Position numbers and translations under genes: made by a program | Shown here: positions 12,471-27,689 of the stretch, piece by piece | How positions within the stretch are numbered: position 1 is the stretch's first letter | How the letters are laid out: every line of letters starts with the position of its first letter | Assembly (NCBI RefSeq): GCF_018977255.1 | Contig: NW_024704742.1 | Coordinates: forward strand, 2,606,001-2,670,000 | From: Callorhinchus milii | Lineage: Eukaryota | Length of the DNA: 64,000 bases | Reading direction: 5' to 3' | The notes under the pieces: model-generated | What the model was told of the DNA's origin: nothing | Seen by the model: only the letters and a program-made list of their open reading frames with translations | The model's database searches: none

Positions 12471-14499
12471 AATCTATACTAAAGATAGATTCACCGAACA
12501 GGATTTGGAGCTAACATGATTTGGTTAACAAGAATTAACGTACTATACTTATATTGGTTTAAAAATCCCATAAATATCTATAATATATATGTGTTTCTGT
12601 ATGTAGATATGATTCTCTTAAGTCTCTCTACTTTAAACCGTTATTATAGTGTTAGCCTGGGATACTCAGAACGCAGAATGTTTCTTTCTACTTTATTACA
12701 CCAAGTAGAAGGTTACTGGACTGTGAGCAACACGGTGGGTAGGAAAATACCCAGCCTAACGTCCTCCCATCAAGGCATCAAGCTGCTTTTTAAATGAGTC
12801 GAGTTGTACCACCTCTCCTGGCAATCTGTTACGATTGTTGATTACCCATTAATTACAAAAAAAAACATTTTAAGGCAAGACAGAAAAATGAGCTGAATCC
12901 TGGGCAGCTTACTTGCTACCTTTAACTTCCAGCTATCCGTCTTGTTACAGTTCGAAAATTATAGATTTGAGCTGGCTGCATTCAATTGTACAGTCAATTA
13001 ATATTGCAGTGTATTCTGTGAAGCCCTTTGAGGCATCTCAAAGACATGATAAGGCGCTATATCAAATGCAAGGATTGTTATTACTAATATTAATTCACGG
13101 CAGAAGCAACGCAGCGCAACCACGGGCCCTAGTGCTTTGGGAATGCATAGATCCTGCTGTTAACGGGCGCTGGTTTACAGATCACACGATTGGTAGAAGG
13201 GCATCAGCGGTTCATGTTTTATAATCATGGTGTTTTCTGCCGCTTATAATGAGATGCCCTCTTTCACTGGGGGGAAGGTGCAGGCAACACAACCGAGGCG
13301 GGTGGAATAGAAGTGCCATTAGTGTCTCGCAGAAGCAATAACATGAGGACCCGTTCAGTCCTTAATTCACACCCCAGTCTGCAAGAAGCCGTTTCATATC
13401 ATTTAACTACGGATTTCGATCAATTTGTTCGAATCCCACTTTATAAAGCCTCCATCAAATCCAGCACAACAGACACATGACAGCTTCTATCTAAGTGATA
13501 TTTTCGTTTTAATTGTTCCTCCTTTCAATTCTATAATTTTATGTACGCGCATTAAAAGGAATGATGCACTCTTTGCTAGCTATTGATTTTTTTTTTTTTT
13601 GCAAAGCGGAAAGAGCTGTTATACCGTTAAATCTTCCTCTGCTAAGCTGTCTAATTACAATATACGTGCATTTGCACAGTGTGGGTTTGGCAGACACGTT
13701 TTGTTACAGCCTTAGCCGTACGTTTTGTCAGCGTTTCTTCCTTGAAATTTAATCTCTCATTTGCATGGATGTTTTAAAAGACAAATATCACCTTAATCCT
13801 TTGAGGACGGAACGTGATTTTTAATCTTCAAAATGCTTTCAAACGGAAACCATCCATTTGGGACTCTCTCGGTGGTGGAGTTTGGAGACTTTTAAGAATG
13901 ATGATGCAATCGGGTGAGGGTCTTGCCTGGCGGTTCAGTTGGATGTCGAAGATCCTATGGCGGTGCTCCACATGTGATTTGGCCAAGGTTTTATACAAAT
14001 TAAACATGACCTCCTCATTTTCATATTCCCTCCCTGTTTCTCTGCCAGCGCTCACATATAAGTAGTGGTTGCTTATGGTTGTGTTATGGATTGCATGGCA
14101 TCCCATGAATCGAACCCCATTCAGAGGGGAATATAGTCGGATGCCTTTAAGGCAGGAAGAGAGAAATGAATGTTCAACGGCCAGCTGTGTGGTTTTAACT
14201 GGTTAGACTCCAACAGTTACGCCCAACGCACACTCTGGGGTCCCCAAGCCTTGGCTCTTGCCAACCTGCGCCTAATACTTTCTGGAATTAGTTAAGCAGG
14301 AAGTGAGAGAGCGCATTCCATTTCACCAGTCTATCTCTGGGATTTCCATGTGTAGGTGGTACGCATGGAAATCTCAGTTTGCTTTGGATATTCTTAAGCA
14401 ACGGTGATGGGTTTCCGCATGTGTCAGACACTCGGCTGACCCCCCCCCCCAAAAAAAAAAGAGGGGTTATGAGGAAAGACTGGCAGGGAACAGAAGGAA

Positions 14500-15900
14500 A
14501 AATACTTTAGGCTTTAATAAGCCTACGAAAAGCGAATTAATAGATAAAGAGGTAGGGTCAATCTGAAACGAAAATGGGAATCCAGTCATGGAAAATTAAG
14601 GTATTGCAGAAATACTCGATGAGTATTGAAGAAATTAGTATTTCACCTCAGTTTTTAGAGAGAATGTTGACAGAGTAATGGCCGAATGATTAGAAAGCAG
14701 TAGTTTTTTTTTACAGAATAGAGTGGTATTTAGACGTTGAGCGTACGAAAGGAGGCTGTGCGGCAATTAGAGGGATAGCTAGAGAAAAGGAAGTGGTGCT
14801 AAAGAAATTGATGGAAATCATAGAGGACAAATCCTGGGGATTGATGGTATGCGTCCGAAAATGTTCAGGGACATCAGGGAGGAAATAGTAGGTGCTCTTT
14901 ACGACTATATTTTCAACATTCTTCTTTTCAAACGTTGTGCCAGGAGATTGAAGGGCGGCTAATGTAACATTTCAGTTTGAAACGGAAGAACAGAACCAGC
15001 TGAGTAATTATAGACAAGACAATCTGAAGTCAATAGAGGCTATAATACGGGATAATATTAATAACAACTTGGAAAGACAGGGGCTGATCAAAGGCAGTCA
15101 GCGTGGAATTCTTAAAGGCAAGTCTTGTCTTACAAATGTCATGAAATAACTGAGAAAATAGATGAAGGCAATGCTGTGGATGTGGTACAAATGGATATAC
15201 AATATATGGATTTTCAAAAAGTTTTGATAAGGTGTTGCATCGGAAACTGATTATAAAATTTAGAGCAAGTGGTATAATAGGATGGACAGAATGTTGGTTA
15301 AAAGATAGGCAACAGAGGGTGGGATTACAGAATTGTTATTTGCAATTGAGAGTCATTAGATATTAGTGTTAGGACTATTGCTTTTCTCCATTTATATGAA
15401 TAATCCGGATTCTGGTGTCAGGGACACAATTTCTACATTTGCAGAGGACCAAAAAAATAGAGAGTGTAGCCAAGAACAAGATCGTCAGCAACTTCTGGGG
15501 GACGTCGACGGTTTAGTTGGATTGTGCAGAAGAATGGCAAATAAATTTTATTGTGGACAAATGTGAAGTTATCAATTTGGAAAGGAGAGGAATTACAAAT
15601 TAGAACAAGGAGGACAAACATATGATAGGTGGTTAAAATATTAAATAAGTGAAGGAGCAAAGGGACTTGGAGGTTAAAGGTGTGAAGTCAGGCGGGCAAA
15701 GCTGTCAAAAAACCTAAGAGGTTTCATAAATAGGGGTATAGAATATAAAAGCAAAGAGATAATGCTAAATTCACCACAGATACAATATTTTCTCCAGTAG
15801 GAAAGATGTCAGGGTGATAGAGGGGTTGAAGAGGCGATTTACTTGGATACCGGGGATGAGTGGTTTGGCCTATGAGAGGAGACTGGAGGAACTGGGATTT
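14500..15900 (+). mobile_element. Degenerate CR1 LINE ORF2 (reverse transcriptase) fragment
   Basis: Frameshifted remnants ...LIKGSQRGILKGKSCLTN, DEGNAVDVV, YMDFQKVFDKV, WLKDRQQRV, VLGLLLFSIYMNN, TISTFAED (FADD-like), with many stops. Confidence 0.85.
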
Positions 15901-18064
15901 TTCCTGAAGACTCTTCGCCTCACCCCTTGCCTTCTAGGTCTGTCTCAAGACCTTCCTCTTTGACCACATCTTTGGTCATTTCCCCCCCTCCTCCACCTTT
16001 CCCCCACCCACCCTTTACCCCTTGGCTGTGTTGAAACCACCTCTACAGACACTGTTCTTTCTGAGGACATTAAAACCTGAACGCCTTATCTTCACTCTTC
16101 CCTTCTTCTTGCAACCTACTGGCCTTTAAACACCAACCATTGTGTCGTTTAACCCCTACATCTTGATTTACTTTACTCTCTCTCCCACTCTTCTCCTCCT
16201 TGGACTATGAACTTTTGACTCACCAGTAAGACATTTCAATTTATAGTCAAGGAACTCTATAATTCAAGGCATTCATCATCCACAGAACATTTACCCCAAC
16301 TTTATCCATTAAACTCATAACAATCCTTTTGAGGAACTACAAGATCCTGAGATAAGTCACAGTATGATTCAAGCATGGACACAGCTGATGCCCAGTTATT
16401 GGTTTCTTCAGCATTCACGGTGACACTAACAACAACAGTTTGCATTTATGTAGCACCCTTTACGCAGGTAGCGTCTTGGAGCATTTAACAATGGTGTAGT
16501 TTGACGCAGAGTGGAGCAGAAAGAGGAGGTGATGGTAACACAGTCAAAAGAGGAATGTCTTTGAGTGTGATCTGAAGACCAGTAAAGAGGGGGCAAGGTG
16601 AAGGGATTGAGGCAGGGAGTTCCAGAGGCATAACAGCTGACTGAATGACCACCGATGGTAGAGTGAAGCGATCAGGGAACGTGCAGAAGGTCTGAGCCTG
16701 GTAAACGAAGGGAGTAGGTAGAGGAGTGGGGTGACAGCAGGTCGGGGAAGTAGAGCGGTGCTAGGGCTTGAAGTGGTTTGTAGGTGAGTGTGAGGGTCTT
16801 GAAATCGGAATAGCTATGACTTCAAAATATCAACGTTAAATTCCACTCCCAAAGCATTGTGTCTGGCTTTCAATCCTTCATGGTTCAGTTATTAAAGTGT
16901 TGTAAAGCCATTGGTAGAGACCCAAGAAGCAAATTTGCTTCATGTATGATATTCTTTGTATTTGATACAGTGCCTGTAGAGTAGAAAATTGCAAGCACTC
17001 CGCAGAGAATTGCTGTAAAGTGCAACGACTGTGTATTTATAGGTGAACACGCCGGTCAATTTACAACAGCAATGTCCCCAAAGCATCTATGAAATGAATG
17101 ACCAATTTATCCGGGGAAATGTTGACCAGAAAAAAAATGACCACCATCAAATCTTACTCAACAGCAATCTACATTTATATAGCGTCTTACATGTAAAAAT
17201 AACATCTCCACGCAAATGTAGTCGACGCCCGTGGGGAATTAAGAGCTTTAACATCGTTGACCCACCAGATAATTTTTTAAGGAGATTTTTGAAGGCAGGG
17301 AGAGAAGGAGCACATTGAAGTCGTTTTGGAAGAGGGTCAAATGAGTTAGGGTTTGGTGGAATGTAAGGAGTGCGGAACAAGCAATAGACCAGATTTTTGA
17401 TGAGCAAGACCTGATAGACATGCATAACCTTTTAAAAGGGATTGAAAATGTAAATCCAGACCAATATTCTAAGCCACACAAGAGGACATAATAATCCATG
17501 CGCGTGACGCAGCCCCTTAGCACGTCTTTGAGACGTTTCAAAGCGCTTCACAGAATGTACTGTAAAGTGAATTGACTGTGCGTTTCGTGGGTGAAAATGC
17601 TGTTTAAATCGATGAGGGTACAAGGACATTATTTTGTACAGTTTTGGTTTATAGAGAACGCAAATAAGTTTTTTTAAATTGCCACATCGGGATCCTCTTG
17701 TTTCTTGTTTAATCCCAAATAATTTGCCTACTTTCCCTTTGTTCACACGGCAACTGGGTTTAATGAACTGGTTAATGTTGCAGGGGACACTTTTAATTTA
17801 AACATTCCAGATGAGAGATTTTGGTTTAAAACCTATTCACCCCTAAACGTCTCCTTTTAACAGATGATGAATGATTTTTGTTGCTTAACCAGATAATTGG
17901 ATTACTATTGCCCAACAGGGATGCTTTATTAGTGCTGAAACGGTTCTTTTTTCCACTTTAACCAATCTATTATGAAAATACAAGCAAATTACAACAGTAT
18001 AAAGACAGAGGAGGGCCCTGGTGACCCGAGGTCTTGAATTGAGTCTTAATTTAGAAGTCGGGGA

Positions 18065-18605
18065 AGCAATGCATTGTCGGATGTACCGTTTTTCAGATAT
18101 CCGACCTTAAACAAAGTTCCCATCTACCTGTTCAGGTTGATTTTAAAGATCTCACGGCACTGTTCGAAAAGAAAAGGGACCGTGTCCAGTGTCCCTTTGG
18201 CAANCCCCCACCCCCACCACCTCCCCAGATAAAATTGGTAATTTGCTTCATGGCTGTTTGTGGGACATTGCTGTGCGCAAATTCTCTGCCGTTTTCACCT
18301 ACAACATGTTCGGTCAATACACTTCAGAGTAAGATCCTGTGAAGCATTTTGAGACGTTGTAGTAACATGATACGCCGCTGTGTCAAACGAAAGGTTTATC
18401 ATAAATTGCTTCCTATAGGATAATGTGATTCATTAACACATTTTCAAACACTTTATGACTGTTTGTGGGACACGCTGTAGCAAATTGGCTGCCACTTACA
18501 AAACACACATTCACTACCCTTTACAATAAAAATAAATCTTGTGAGGCACTTTGAGATGACCCCCTGTCACGAAAGGCGCTATATCAAATGCAAGGATTAT
18601 TAATA
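18065..18605 (+). mobile_element. Deu-domain SINE plus a second SINE tail
   Basis: gcattgtcggatgtaccgtttttcagat core, gctgtttgtgggacattgctgtgcgcaaatt body, ggcgctatatcaaatgcaaggattatt tail. Confidence 0.7.
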
Positions 18606-19696
18606 GTATCTGTAGGGCTGTATTCAATCCAACTTTTTTTTCTGTAATTTAGAGATCTTATGGGGAAGGCAGTGTATCATTGCAAGTCATCACTTGTACA
18701 ATATCTTCAACGCAGTTTAGAAATGCACTTGTTTCTATACTATACTTAACGGGGTCTTGGTTCAGTTCATAACGACAGTACTTTGCTCAGTGGTTTTATA
18801 ATAACGTGACTGAGCATTCCTTGGAAATAGAACTTCTTTATCAACTCCTTTGCAAATTTTAAAGTGAATGCAATAAATTGAAACCGAGCAAGATTTTAAA
18901 AAAACAGACTGTGATTAATCACCTCTTTACCCCCCCCGCACCCCTTGGTCTCCACCACCCCTCTCGAATCCAACCCCCAGCTTACGTGCAAACCCTCGAC
19001 TGTCCAGCACTTTGAGACATCCTCACCAAAGTGAAAGGTACAATATAAATGCGGGTTGTTGTTGTAGTGGCTGGTGTTGCCAGAATCTTAAACATGTGGC
19101 TATTAGTCATTGGTGACATCTATTATTCTGGTCGAAGAGGAGGGTCTTGAGACGTGCCTTGAAGGAGGCAAGGGAGGAACGAGGAGAAGGGACTGTGGGA
19201 TGGAGTTCCAGAGTGTGGGGGCAGAGAGGCTGAAACCTTAGCATCTATTATCTGTCTGTCGATTTCAAATGAATTGGAGAAAAGGGTAGGAGCAGAGAGG
19301 CTGAAGACAAAGAGGTGTTTGTTTATCAAAATAAACTGACGCCTGTGGTTTATTTATTTGCAAAAATGTTGGAACTTTTATAACAGCAGCGAATTATCGT
19401 AACGGAATGCATATTACACAGTGGTTAACTTCTTCACTAGGAGTTCGTGTATGGGCCTGAGTACGAGCGAGATCACAAAACACTGTGACTGACTGTTTAG
19501 CCTTTCTGTTCAAATGTATTATCCATTCGGGATGATATAGAGATTTTTGCTGCCTTTGAGAAATGGCTTTGTTGCTGTTTCGGAGGAGCAGATTCAAGCT
19601 GCCAGTGCTTTTCTGCCTGTACTTGCTAAGTTCTGTTTGTGGTGGCTGAAGAAGTAAGCTAAAGGTTAACTGGGTGAGTAAGCAAGTTTAGCCTGC

Positions 19697-19990
19697 TTCA
19701 CATCCCCCGCCTCGCCCGCCACACCATTGGCGGGTGGGGCATTCTGCCACTCTGCCCCCACCCTCTGGAACTGCATCCCGCAGTCCCTCCGCCTCGCCCC
19801 ATCCCTTGCCTCCTTCAAGGTCCGTCTCAAGACCCTCCTCTTCGACCGTGCCTTCGGTCACCCTCCTTCCCCACCCTGTCCTCTACCCTCCCCGATTCCC
19901 AGTTCAGGTCCGAAACACTGATTGTCCAGCGCCTTGGGACATCTCCCAATGTGAAAGGAGCAGCACAAATGTCATTTTGTTGTTGTTGTA
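19697..19990 (+). mobile_element. L2-like LINE 3' end
   Basis: ORF2 end GGAFCHSAPTLWNCIPQSLRLAPSLASFKVRLKTLLFDRAF, then 3'UTR and (GTT)n tail. Confidence 0.85.
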
Positions 19991-21265
19991 GAAACGCATC
20001 CTAAACCATACCCTTTTGTTTCTCATCTTCACCACTTTCCTTTCATCACCTGGGGATTGATTCCTATTGAAACCAGAAGCAATGGACCAGAAACTGGTCT
20101 GATATGCAAACAAATTTACAATAAAACAGTGTGATCTCTTTTATATAGATATTTTTTTTAAAAAGTGGAGGAAAAGTGATTTTTATGTGTTTTTCAGAAG
20201 TGATTCATAACACATACCACAAGTACAACCGTCGTCAAATTAGAAATGATTGAATTAACAAAGATATCCAGTAAATAAGTGGACTGTATAAGCACATGAA
20301 AATAATGACTGTAATGTGTTAATGGTTGGGCCGGAAGCCAAACTCACAGCTGCCATTGCACATTTACTTGCTTGTGGCTTAACCCTGATTTTTCTTTTGC
20401 TGAGTTAAGACAGTATTCTGTAAGAGAATCTGCGTTATTGACCGGCCTTGCTGTCTGCATTGATAAACAATGCAAACTTCATCATCAGGGAGAATTAACA
20501 CATCACCATAATTTAGCCTTGATTTCTGGCTGAGTCCCCGAAGCATGCAAGAACCGCCAGGTCTTTTTTTCTGTGTGCAATGTCCTGCAGCGCACAACAA
20601 CAACAACAGCAACAACTTGTATTTGTATGGTGCCCTTCATGCGGGATAGCACACACGTTCTCTCCAGTCCAGAGAGATGCGTGTGAGTAAATGGAGCAAG
20701 TAATAAGCACCGGGACATTGGTTCTTCAAAGAGACAAGGGAAAAATAAAAAAAAAGGTATCAAATGGGCTTCAAAGCCATTGACTCAAATCAGAATGGGT
20801 TGTTATTTATGACTGTGTGTATGAGGGTTTCCTTCTGCAGTACTGTCTGTTTCATTTTGCGATCACCGAGTGCAAAATGGCTCATTGGCTGCACGTTGAT
20901 GTGTAGAAGCTTCAAAACCACGTTTGAAAGGCAACCGTGTAACATTGTCAGCGACTAGAGTTTGGTTTCATGTTCAACTTTCCCCTCCTTTCCTGAAGGC
21001 GTCTTCCCTCCTTTCTTCCTTCTACTTGAGGTATATTTTCATGGGCACCCAAGTGGCTGCTATTTATTATTTATATTTATTATCTAGTCAATCTGTGCTC
21101 CCCCTGACCATCACACACACACTGGATAGGGAGCAAGAGTTAGAATTGTGGCTGATTTGTCTGTCTTTGAATCCCTCTTTAAAATCTTGCTCGTCAAGGT
21201 TATGGTCTTATGGTCATCTCAGGGATGGTCACTACACTGTCCTGTAGGCCTGCATTGTTCCCAGT

Positions 21266-21690
21266 TATAATAATAACAATAATTCTTGCATTTGATGTGG
21301 CGCCTTATCACGTCTTTGAAACGTCTCAAAGCGCTTCACAGAATATACGGTAAAAGTGATTTGATTATAATAATAATAATAATCCTTGCATTTGATATAG
21401 CGCTTTTCACGTCGGGAGGACGTCCCAAAGCGCTTCACAGAACACACTGTAAAGTGAATTGACTGTATATTTGTGGGCGAACGCGGCAGCCAATTGCGCA
21501 CAGCAATGTCCCACAAACAGTCATGTATTGTAAATGACCAATTTATTATTGTTTTTGGTTTTGGAGGAGTATTATTAGGCTCTGTGTGGAGTAAGGAAAC
21601 TTGCCCAAGGTTTCGCCCTCTGCCTGGAATTGAACTCAGGTCTCTCGCTTGCAAAGCGAGTGCTCTAACCACTGAGCTACAGGACTCCAC
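21266..21690 (-). mobile_element. tRNA-headed SINE, short variant, full length with an extra tandem tail
   Basis: Reverse-complement head at 21600-21690 (anticodon loop TGC); two aataat...ttgcatttgat tails at 21266-21362 and from 21365. Confidence 0.9.
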
Positions 21691-23854
21691 GCTACAGGTC
21701 TGCATTGCGCCTGGGTGTTTTAACAGGTACAGGGATTGGAAACTGAAATAGGGTGAACAACTTGGAAAGAGAAAGGATGCTGTGTGTGTCTGAGCGTGCA
21801 GTGTGTCTGCCAAGGCTACTAATTAGTTCAGTGCGAGGTGGCAGCTTGTCTAATGGAGATGGGCAACGGGTTTTCCGTGCTCTTTGCATTTGTGTTTTTT
21901 TCTGCAATGAGTTGTCATTTTTCTGTTGGATCATTATCCCAATCTCTGCCTGAGGTGATAAAACACATCGACCTTACTGTTACCTTTCAGCCCGGAGTAT
22001 TGTTTTATTCAGAGTGAGTCCAATAACTTCCCCGTCTCCCCAAACCACGGTGTTACCTTCGTCAACCTGTGACATTATCTGGATTAGGACTACGCCACCG
22101 CCGCTACTGAGAAAGCATTTTTTATTCGGGGCGGTGGAGGGGGCAGCTCGGTGAAGACTTACATCGCAGCATTTGCTGCAATCGCATGTCCACAACTCGT
22201 TCAGAGAACAACATGAACAACACATAGCCCAGGTTCACCGCGGGCTAAGTGTTTCCTCTGAAGCGTGGAAAGAAATCTAATTTTTTTGAAGGACTCTTTT
22301 GTGTGATGTGGTGAAATGCTTCTCGTGTGTGGTTTTGTGTATGTTATGTTCATTTCAAGCTTCACTACCTCTTTTGGGCCACTTATGGCTTGCTATTCAA
22401 ATCAGCACAGAAGCAAGAATTCGGAGGATTATATCCTCACAAGAGAGACGCAGTACAGTACGCTAGAAATTTTACACTGGCAAACAACCTAAATGCAGTA
22501 GGTTGGTCTCATGTACGTGTAGTATTTCTGTAACGTAGCTGTTTTCTTAGCAAATATAAAGAATACCAAATACTTCTTTTTAATCTGTATTGGAACGCCA
22601 GTCTATTCTTCTTCACAGTATCATAAATCTAAATGGTGCAGCATCTTGCATGTCAGGAATATATCCCAAAGTGCTTCACAGGATTTACTGTGAAGCACAG
22701 TGACTGTGCGTTTCGTAAGCGAAATGCGACAACTAGTTTGCACATAGCCGTGTCCAACAAGCAATCGTGAATCGAAAGCAATCGTGGACCGAATTGTCCA
22801 GTTTTATACGGTGGATTGTTGTTCAGGTTTTGATGATAACGATCCCACGGCAATATCCGTAAAGAGAAGGGAGTTTGTCCTGGTGGTCGAGGAGAAATTC
22901 CTTTCTCTTTTCAAAGAGTGCCATCGGATATGCACACCCATGCATTTAGAATAGCCTCTTATGAGCACTAACGAAGTCATGTTAGTGAATTCAGCAACGC
23001 AATAACGATTGTGCTGAATCTCAAGGGGATTTATACCACATTTATTTACTTCGATTACTACATCTTAGTTGGATTAAATGACCAAAACAGCTTGCGGCAA
23101 AATTGACCCATCTCATCGTCAGCTCGTTTTAGATTCCACACCAGTCTCTCTCTAACCAGATTTGCATTTCTTTTTGAAACTAATGAGTGCGTCCAATTAA
23201 TTTTCTAATGTTCTCCCCAACCTCTTCTCCTGCTGCCCAGCCTCCTCAGGCTGTGGCGCGGTTTCCACAGGCGTAGGCTTCATAGCCCAGCCTGACCTGT
23301 CCTCACTCGCCACACGTGCAGAGTAGAGATGCTGAAGAGAGTCCAGGAAAAACATCTCATCCGAACCTCACAAAAGCTAGGAAGCCCAGTGCCGATTAAA
23401 CCTCCCAACCTAGGCTTTTAGCCAAGACTGGCAAACTCAACACGAAAGTGGCTTCCGACCCAACCCCAACTCCGGCCTCTATTCGCACGTAGTTGAAAGC
23501 CGCGAGACATGCAATTACACCGCACCAAAAACAAAAGCAAAAGCAATTTGATTGGAACAAATTGAAAAGATTGTTTCTGTTTGGCAAAACATGTGCCACC
23601 ATTTCGGACGCCATTCTGTCTCTCCATTTGCTCTGTCATAACGAAGCGTCGACTTGAATTCTCATCATTTGAAAAACGACCGTTGGATTTCCCGCCGAGC
23701 GGCTCATCAAACACGGCTTTCGTTAATTTAGCGTTCGGGGTTTTTTCTCTCTCCGGTGCTGAATTTTTCTTTTGTATTCTTTTGGCACTCACGCTTGTGG
23801 TGCTTGGTAATTTGTTTGCGTAAGTTGGGGCATTTCATGGAATGAGTGCATCAG

Positions 23855-24715
23855 TACACAGACTGGCTGTCGGACATCGCGTCCTGGATGAGAGCCAACT
23901 TTCTGCAGCTGAATGTCAGCAAGAGCGAGGCCCTCCCGATTGGCTCGCGCCAGCGCCTCCGCACCTCAGGCGCTGGCAGCATCAGCCCCCCACGGGTGCA
24001 CACTGCACCTCACCGAGGCAGTCAGGAACCTGGGCTTCTTGTTCGACCCTCAATTGTCCTTTCTCTCCCAAATCCGTGCCATGACCCGCTCTGCCTTCCC
24101 CCACCTCCGCAACATTGCCCGACACCGCCACTGCTTCACCCCTCAGGCCGCTGAAACCCTCATACATACTTTCATTACAATCGGGCTCGACTATGCCAAT
24201 GCCCTGCTTGTCGGCCTCCCCAACTCTTCCCTCCACAAGCTGCAGATCATACAGAAACTTGCAGCTTGTACCTTCTCCCGCACCAGGCTCCGTGACCCCA
24301 TCACCCCCACCCTCGCGCAGCTCCACTGGGTCCCCATCCCTCAGAGGATTGAGTTCAAAATTCTCCTTCAAAGCCCTCCATGGCCTTGCCCCATCCCCTA
24401 CATCTCGACCTGCTAACCTCTTATCAACCTGTTCGCTCCCTCCGCTCAGCAGGCACCGGACTGCTCCATGTCCCCCGCCCTGGCCTGCCCCACCATTGAT
24501 GGTCGGGCCTTCAGCCTCTCTGACCCCACTCTCTGGAACTCCATCCCACATTCCCTTCATCTCGTTCCCTCCCTTGCCTCCTTCACGCACGCCTCAAGAC
24601 CATGCACACCTCCTACCCGCTCTGCCCTCCATCCTCCCTGTCTGTTCAGCGCCTTGGGACATCCTCCCAACCTAAAAGTTACTTTGCAAATGTAATGTTG
24701 TATTGTGTTGTTGGA
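23855..24715 (+). mobile_element. L2-like LINE 3' portion (RT C-terminus and tail)
   Basis: WMRANFLQLNVSKSEAL, RNLGFLFDPQLSF, LDYANALLVGLP, LHWVPIPQRIEFKIL motifs, with frameshifts. Confidence 0.9.
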
Positions 24716-25494
24716 GCTGTCGACCTTTAGGTGAAGAGTTAAACTGAGGTCCTGTCTGCCTACATTCAGGTTGACAAGAACACAAATCCCAATGGCAATA
24801 TAGGTAAAGAAAAGGGAGTTTCTCCCGGTGTCCTGGCTAACAATCCTTCAGTAGGATCGATCATTCACTTCAAGGCTATTTGTGATACACTGCTGTGTTG
24901 GCTATAGCGTTCATCTGCACAATTCGCAGTCACTTCCACCAGTTTGCTGACGAAATGACTTACCTGTGCAGCGCACTGGTCATAAGCAGTGATGAGAAGT
25001 GATGAGATACTGTGGCTGAATCATTTCAACCCATATTTGGTTCTTGTTAGGCACGTCTTAGATCAGAGATATAATCTGCTCCCTGAACAGATGCCTGTGT
25101 GATTATGATAGCGTGGGTAAATCAATCAACAACATCATCGATCGTGACCCCCGGTGCACCAAATTTTTCAGCCCGGATCAAATGTCCTGTTACATCAACT
25201 ATCAGTAACAAAATGCTAAGTGCAGAGAGAGAGAAAGAGATTTACTCCACTTTCCACCAAATAGACTCATTTTGCGAACTGAAGCTTCAGTACGTTGGCA
25301 GAACACCAATAATGAAAATATCCTCTTTAATTCAATTATAACTTAGTTGGCTTCTTGCCAACAAAGCCAATTACAGTACTGCAAGTTTCCCTCCTGAGGC
25401 ATGTAATTCGGAAGCCGTTTTTCCATAGGTTTTCGCCTTAAACCTGTTATCTTGAAATTTAAGATTTTCTTTTCATTCTTAATTCCTCACGCAT

Positions 25495-26150
25495 ACGTTC
25501 CTTGACCCGTTAAGCTATTCTCCACCTTCGCAATGTTTCCCGCCTCCCCCGCTACCTCTCCTCTCAGACAGCCGAGATCCTTATCCATGCTTTTATCACC
25601 TCTTCCCAACTCTTCCCTCCGCAAGCTGCAGACTATTCAAAAGTCCGCTGCTCGTGTCCTCTCCCGCAGCTGGCTCTGTGAGCTTATAACCTCCATCTTC
25701 GCTCGACTACATTGGCTCTCCATCTCCCAAAGGATCGAGTTCGAGATCCTTGTCCTCACTGTTAAAGCCCTCCACAGTCTTACCCCATCCTACCTTTCTG
25801 ACCTTCTAAAGCCTTACCAACCCGCCCTTTCTCTCTGCTCTGCCAGCACTGGCCTGCTTCACATCCCTCACCCTGCCCGTCCTGCTAATGGTGGTTCTTG
25901 CTTTTAGCCTTTTTGCCCCCACTCTATAGGAACTCCAACCTGAATCCCTTCGTCTTGCCTTTCCCTAGCTTCTTGAAGGTCCATCTCTTTGACCCCACCT
26001 TTGGTGATCTTCTCACCTCCACCTCCTTGCCCCTTGGCTCCCATCCCTCTAGTATCCAACCTCCAGCTTGGGACAAACCGTTGATTATCCAGCACCTTGG
26101 GACGTCTTCCTCACGTAAATGGTGCTGTGTAAATGCAATGTGTTGTTGTT
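25495..26150 (+). mobile_element. L2-like LINE 3' portion
   Basis: LQTIQKSAARVL...LHWLSISQRIEFEILVL...PSYLSDLL; tail aaatgcaatgtgttgttgtt. Confidence 0.85.
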
Positions 26151-27689
26151 AAGGTCTTTGGAATACCGGCATGCAAAGGCTATGACCATGAAAAAGGTTG
26201 TGCCAGGAGTTTCGTAGAATTTCAGTTACGTTGTTCAAAGCACTTACGCATCATCTTGGAAGAAATGTCCCATTGCCTCTTTCTGCCACCATTTTTTTAA
26301 ATTGCTTAGCGATGTCCTATTAGATGCAATGAAAACATTGTTGGACTTTCTTTTGTCTGATCACTCATCAACTGTGGCAATTTGTCACAATGAATAATTA
26401 ATAATCCTTAAATTTGATATAAATCTGATACAACATCGTTGAGACGTCTCAAAGCACTTCACAGAATATATTGTAAAGTGGATTGATTGTGTATTTTGTA
26501 GACAAAATGTTCAATTTAACCTCAAGAGAAAATACCGGCTTTGTTTAGAGTAACAGAATCAACCTCTGTGGCTTATTGTTCTGTGCAACAGGACACAAAT
26601 AATTCTTTTCTTTTAAAAGCCGGCCAAATTGCTTGCAAAGCAAATAGTTTCTGCTATGATTCTTCCCACGAGCAAATTGGTCCTTCAAGGATGAAGGCTC
26701 AGGATTGTGTCCCGATTGGGTCCATCAATACTGGGAGTTGCCCTTCCTCTTAAGGTGTTTTTGGTCGCAAGCGCACACATCAATAACCTCATTAGCTTTT
26801 AACAGCCTCCATTGAAACTGTGCCAACCGTAGCTGACGAGCATTTTGACAGGAAGTAAAACATACTTTCTTCAGAGCTGGTTATTTCTGTAGGCTTTAAC
26901 CGCTCTTCATACTCCGTAAATGTTGTGAATGATAGGGCACGGTTCACTCTCCCTCATTCACGACCACTGAGCCTGTGGGCTGATAAGAGCTCCTTAGCAC
27001 GAACTAGGACAGGAGCTCTTATATTGGAAGTCGGCGCACAGCCTATTTGCTAAACCGATAACATCCTGAAATTCCGTTCTCTGAGGGGCCGAGTGGTCTG
27101 TTGTCGAATGTTTTCCCTCTCCTGAAGACAGACTCCTTTCCCCTTGAGATATAGCTTCTTATTCAGCCTGGTTATTGCTCGCGTGTCTGCCTTGACAGTC
27201 AGTTTGGGCAGGCAATTTGGAGCACAGGTGCAGCATTGGATAGCAATAAGGAATAGGAATTTCTAGTTAATTTTCCCCTCCATAACCTCAGCCGCTGTGT
27301 GTTTTTGCAGCTGTTTTACTATGGCCCGACTGAGGTCAGCTAACTCGCTGAGATCAAACCTGGGATCTTCCTCGTCTCTGCGCTTTGTCTACTCTCTCGG
27401 TGACTCCCTGAACTACTTAATAAAGTCGTAGCACGTGAGCTGATTTATTTGTTTCAGCTTGCTATGANTTTTTTTCCCACAAAATGTACAGTCAATTCAC
27501 TTTACAATCCATTTCGTGAAGCGATCTGCGAGGTCTCAATAATGTGATAAGGCGCTATATCAAATGCGAGGATTATTATTGTTTCTATTATTTTGATGAG
27601 GCACCTTTTGTGTTTTGATTTGCTGAATGTCGAAACCTAAGATCCTTGCTGCAGTCATATTTTTCTTGTCGGCAGCTTTAATTATATCT

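Noticed and set aside
18204..18204. Ambiguous base n (another at 27468)
   Set aside because: Consensus uncertainty next to homopolymer runs, not biology.
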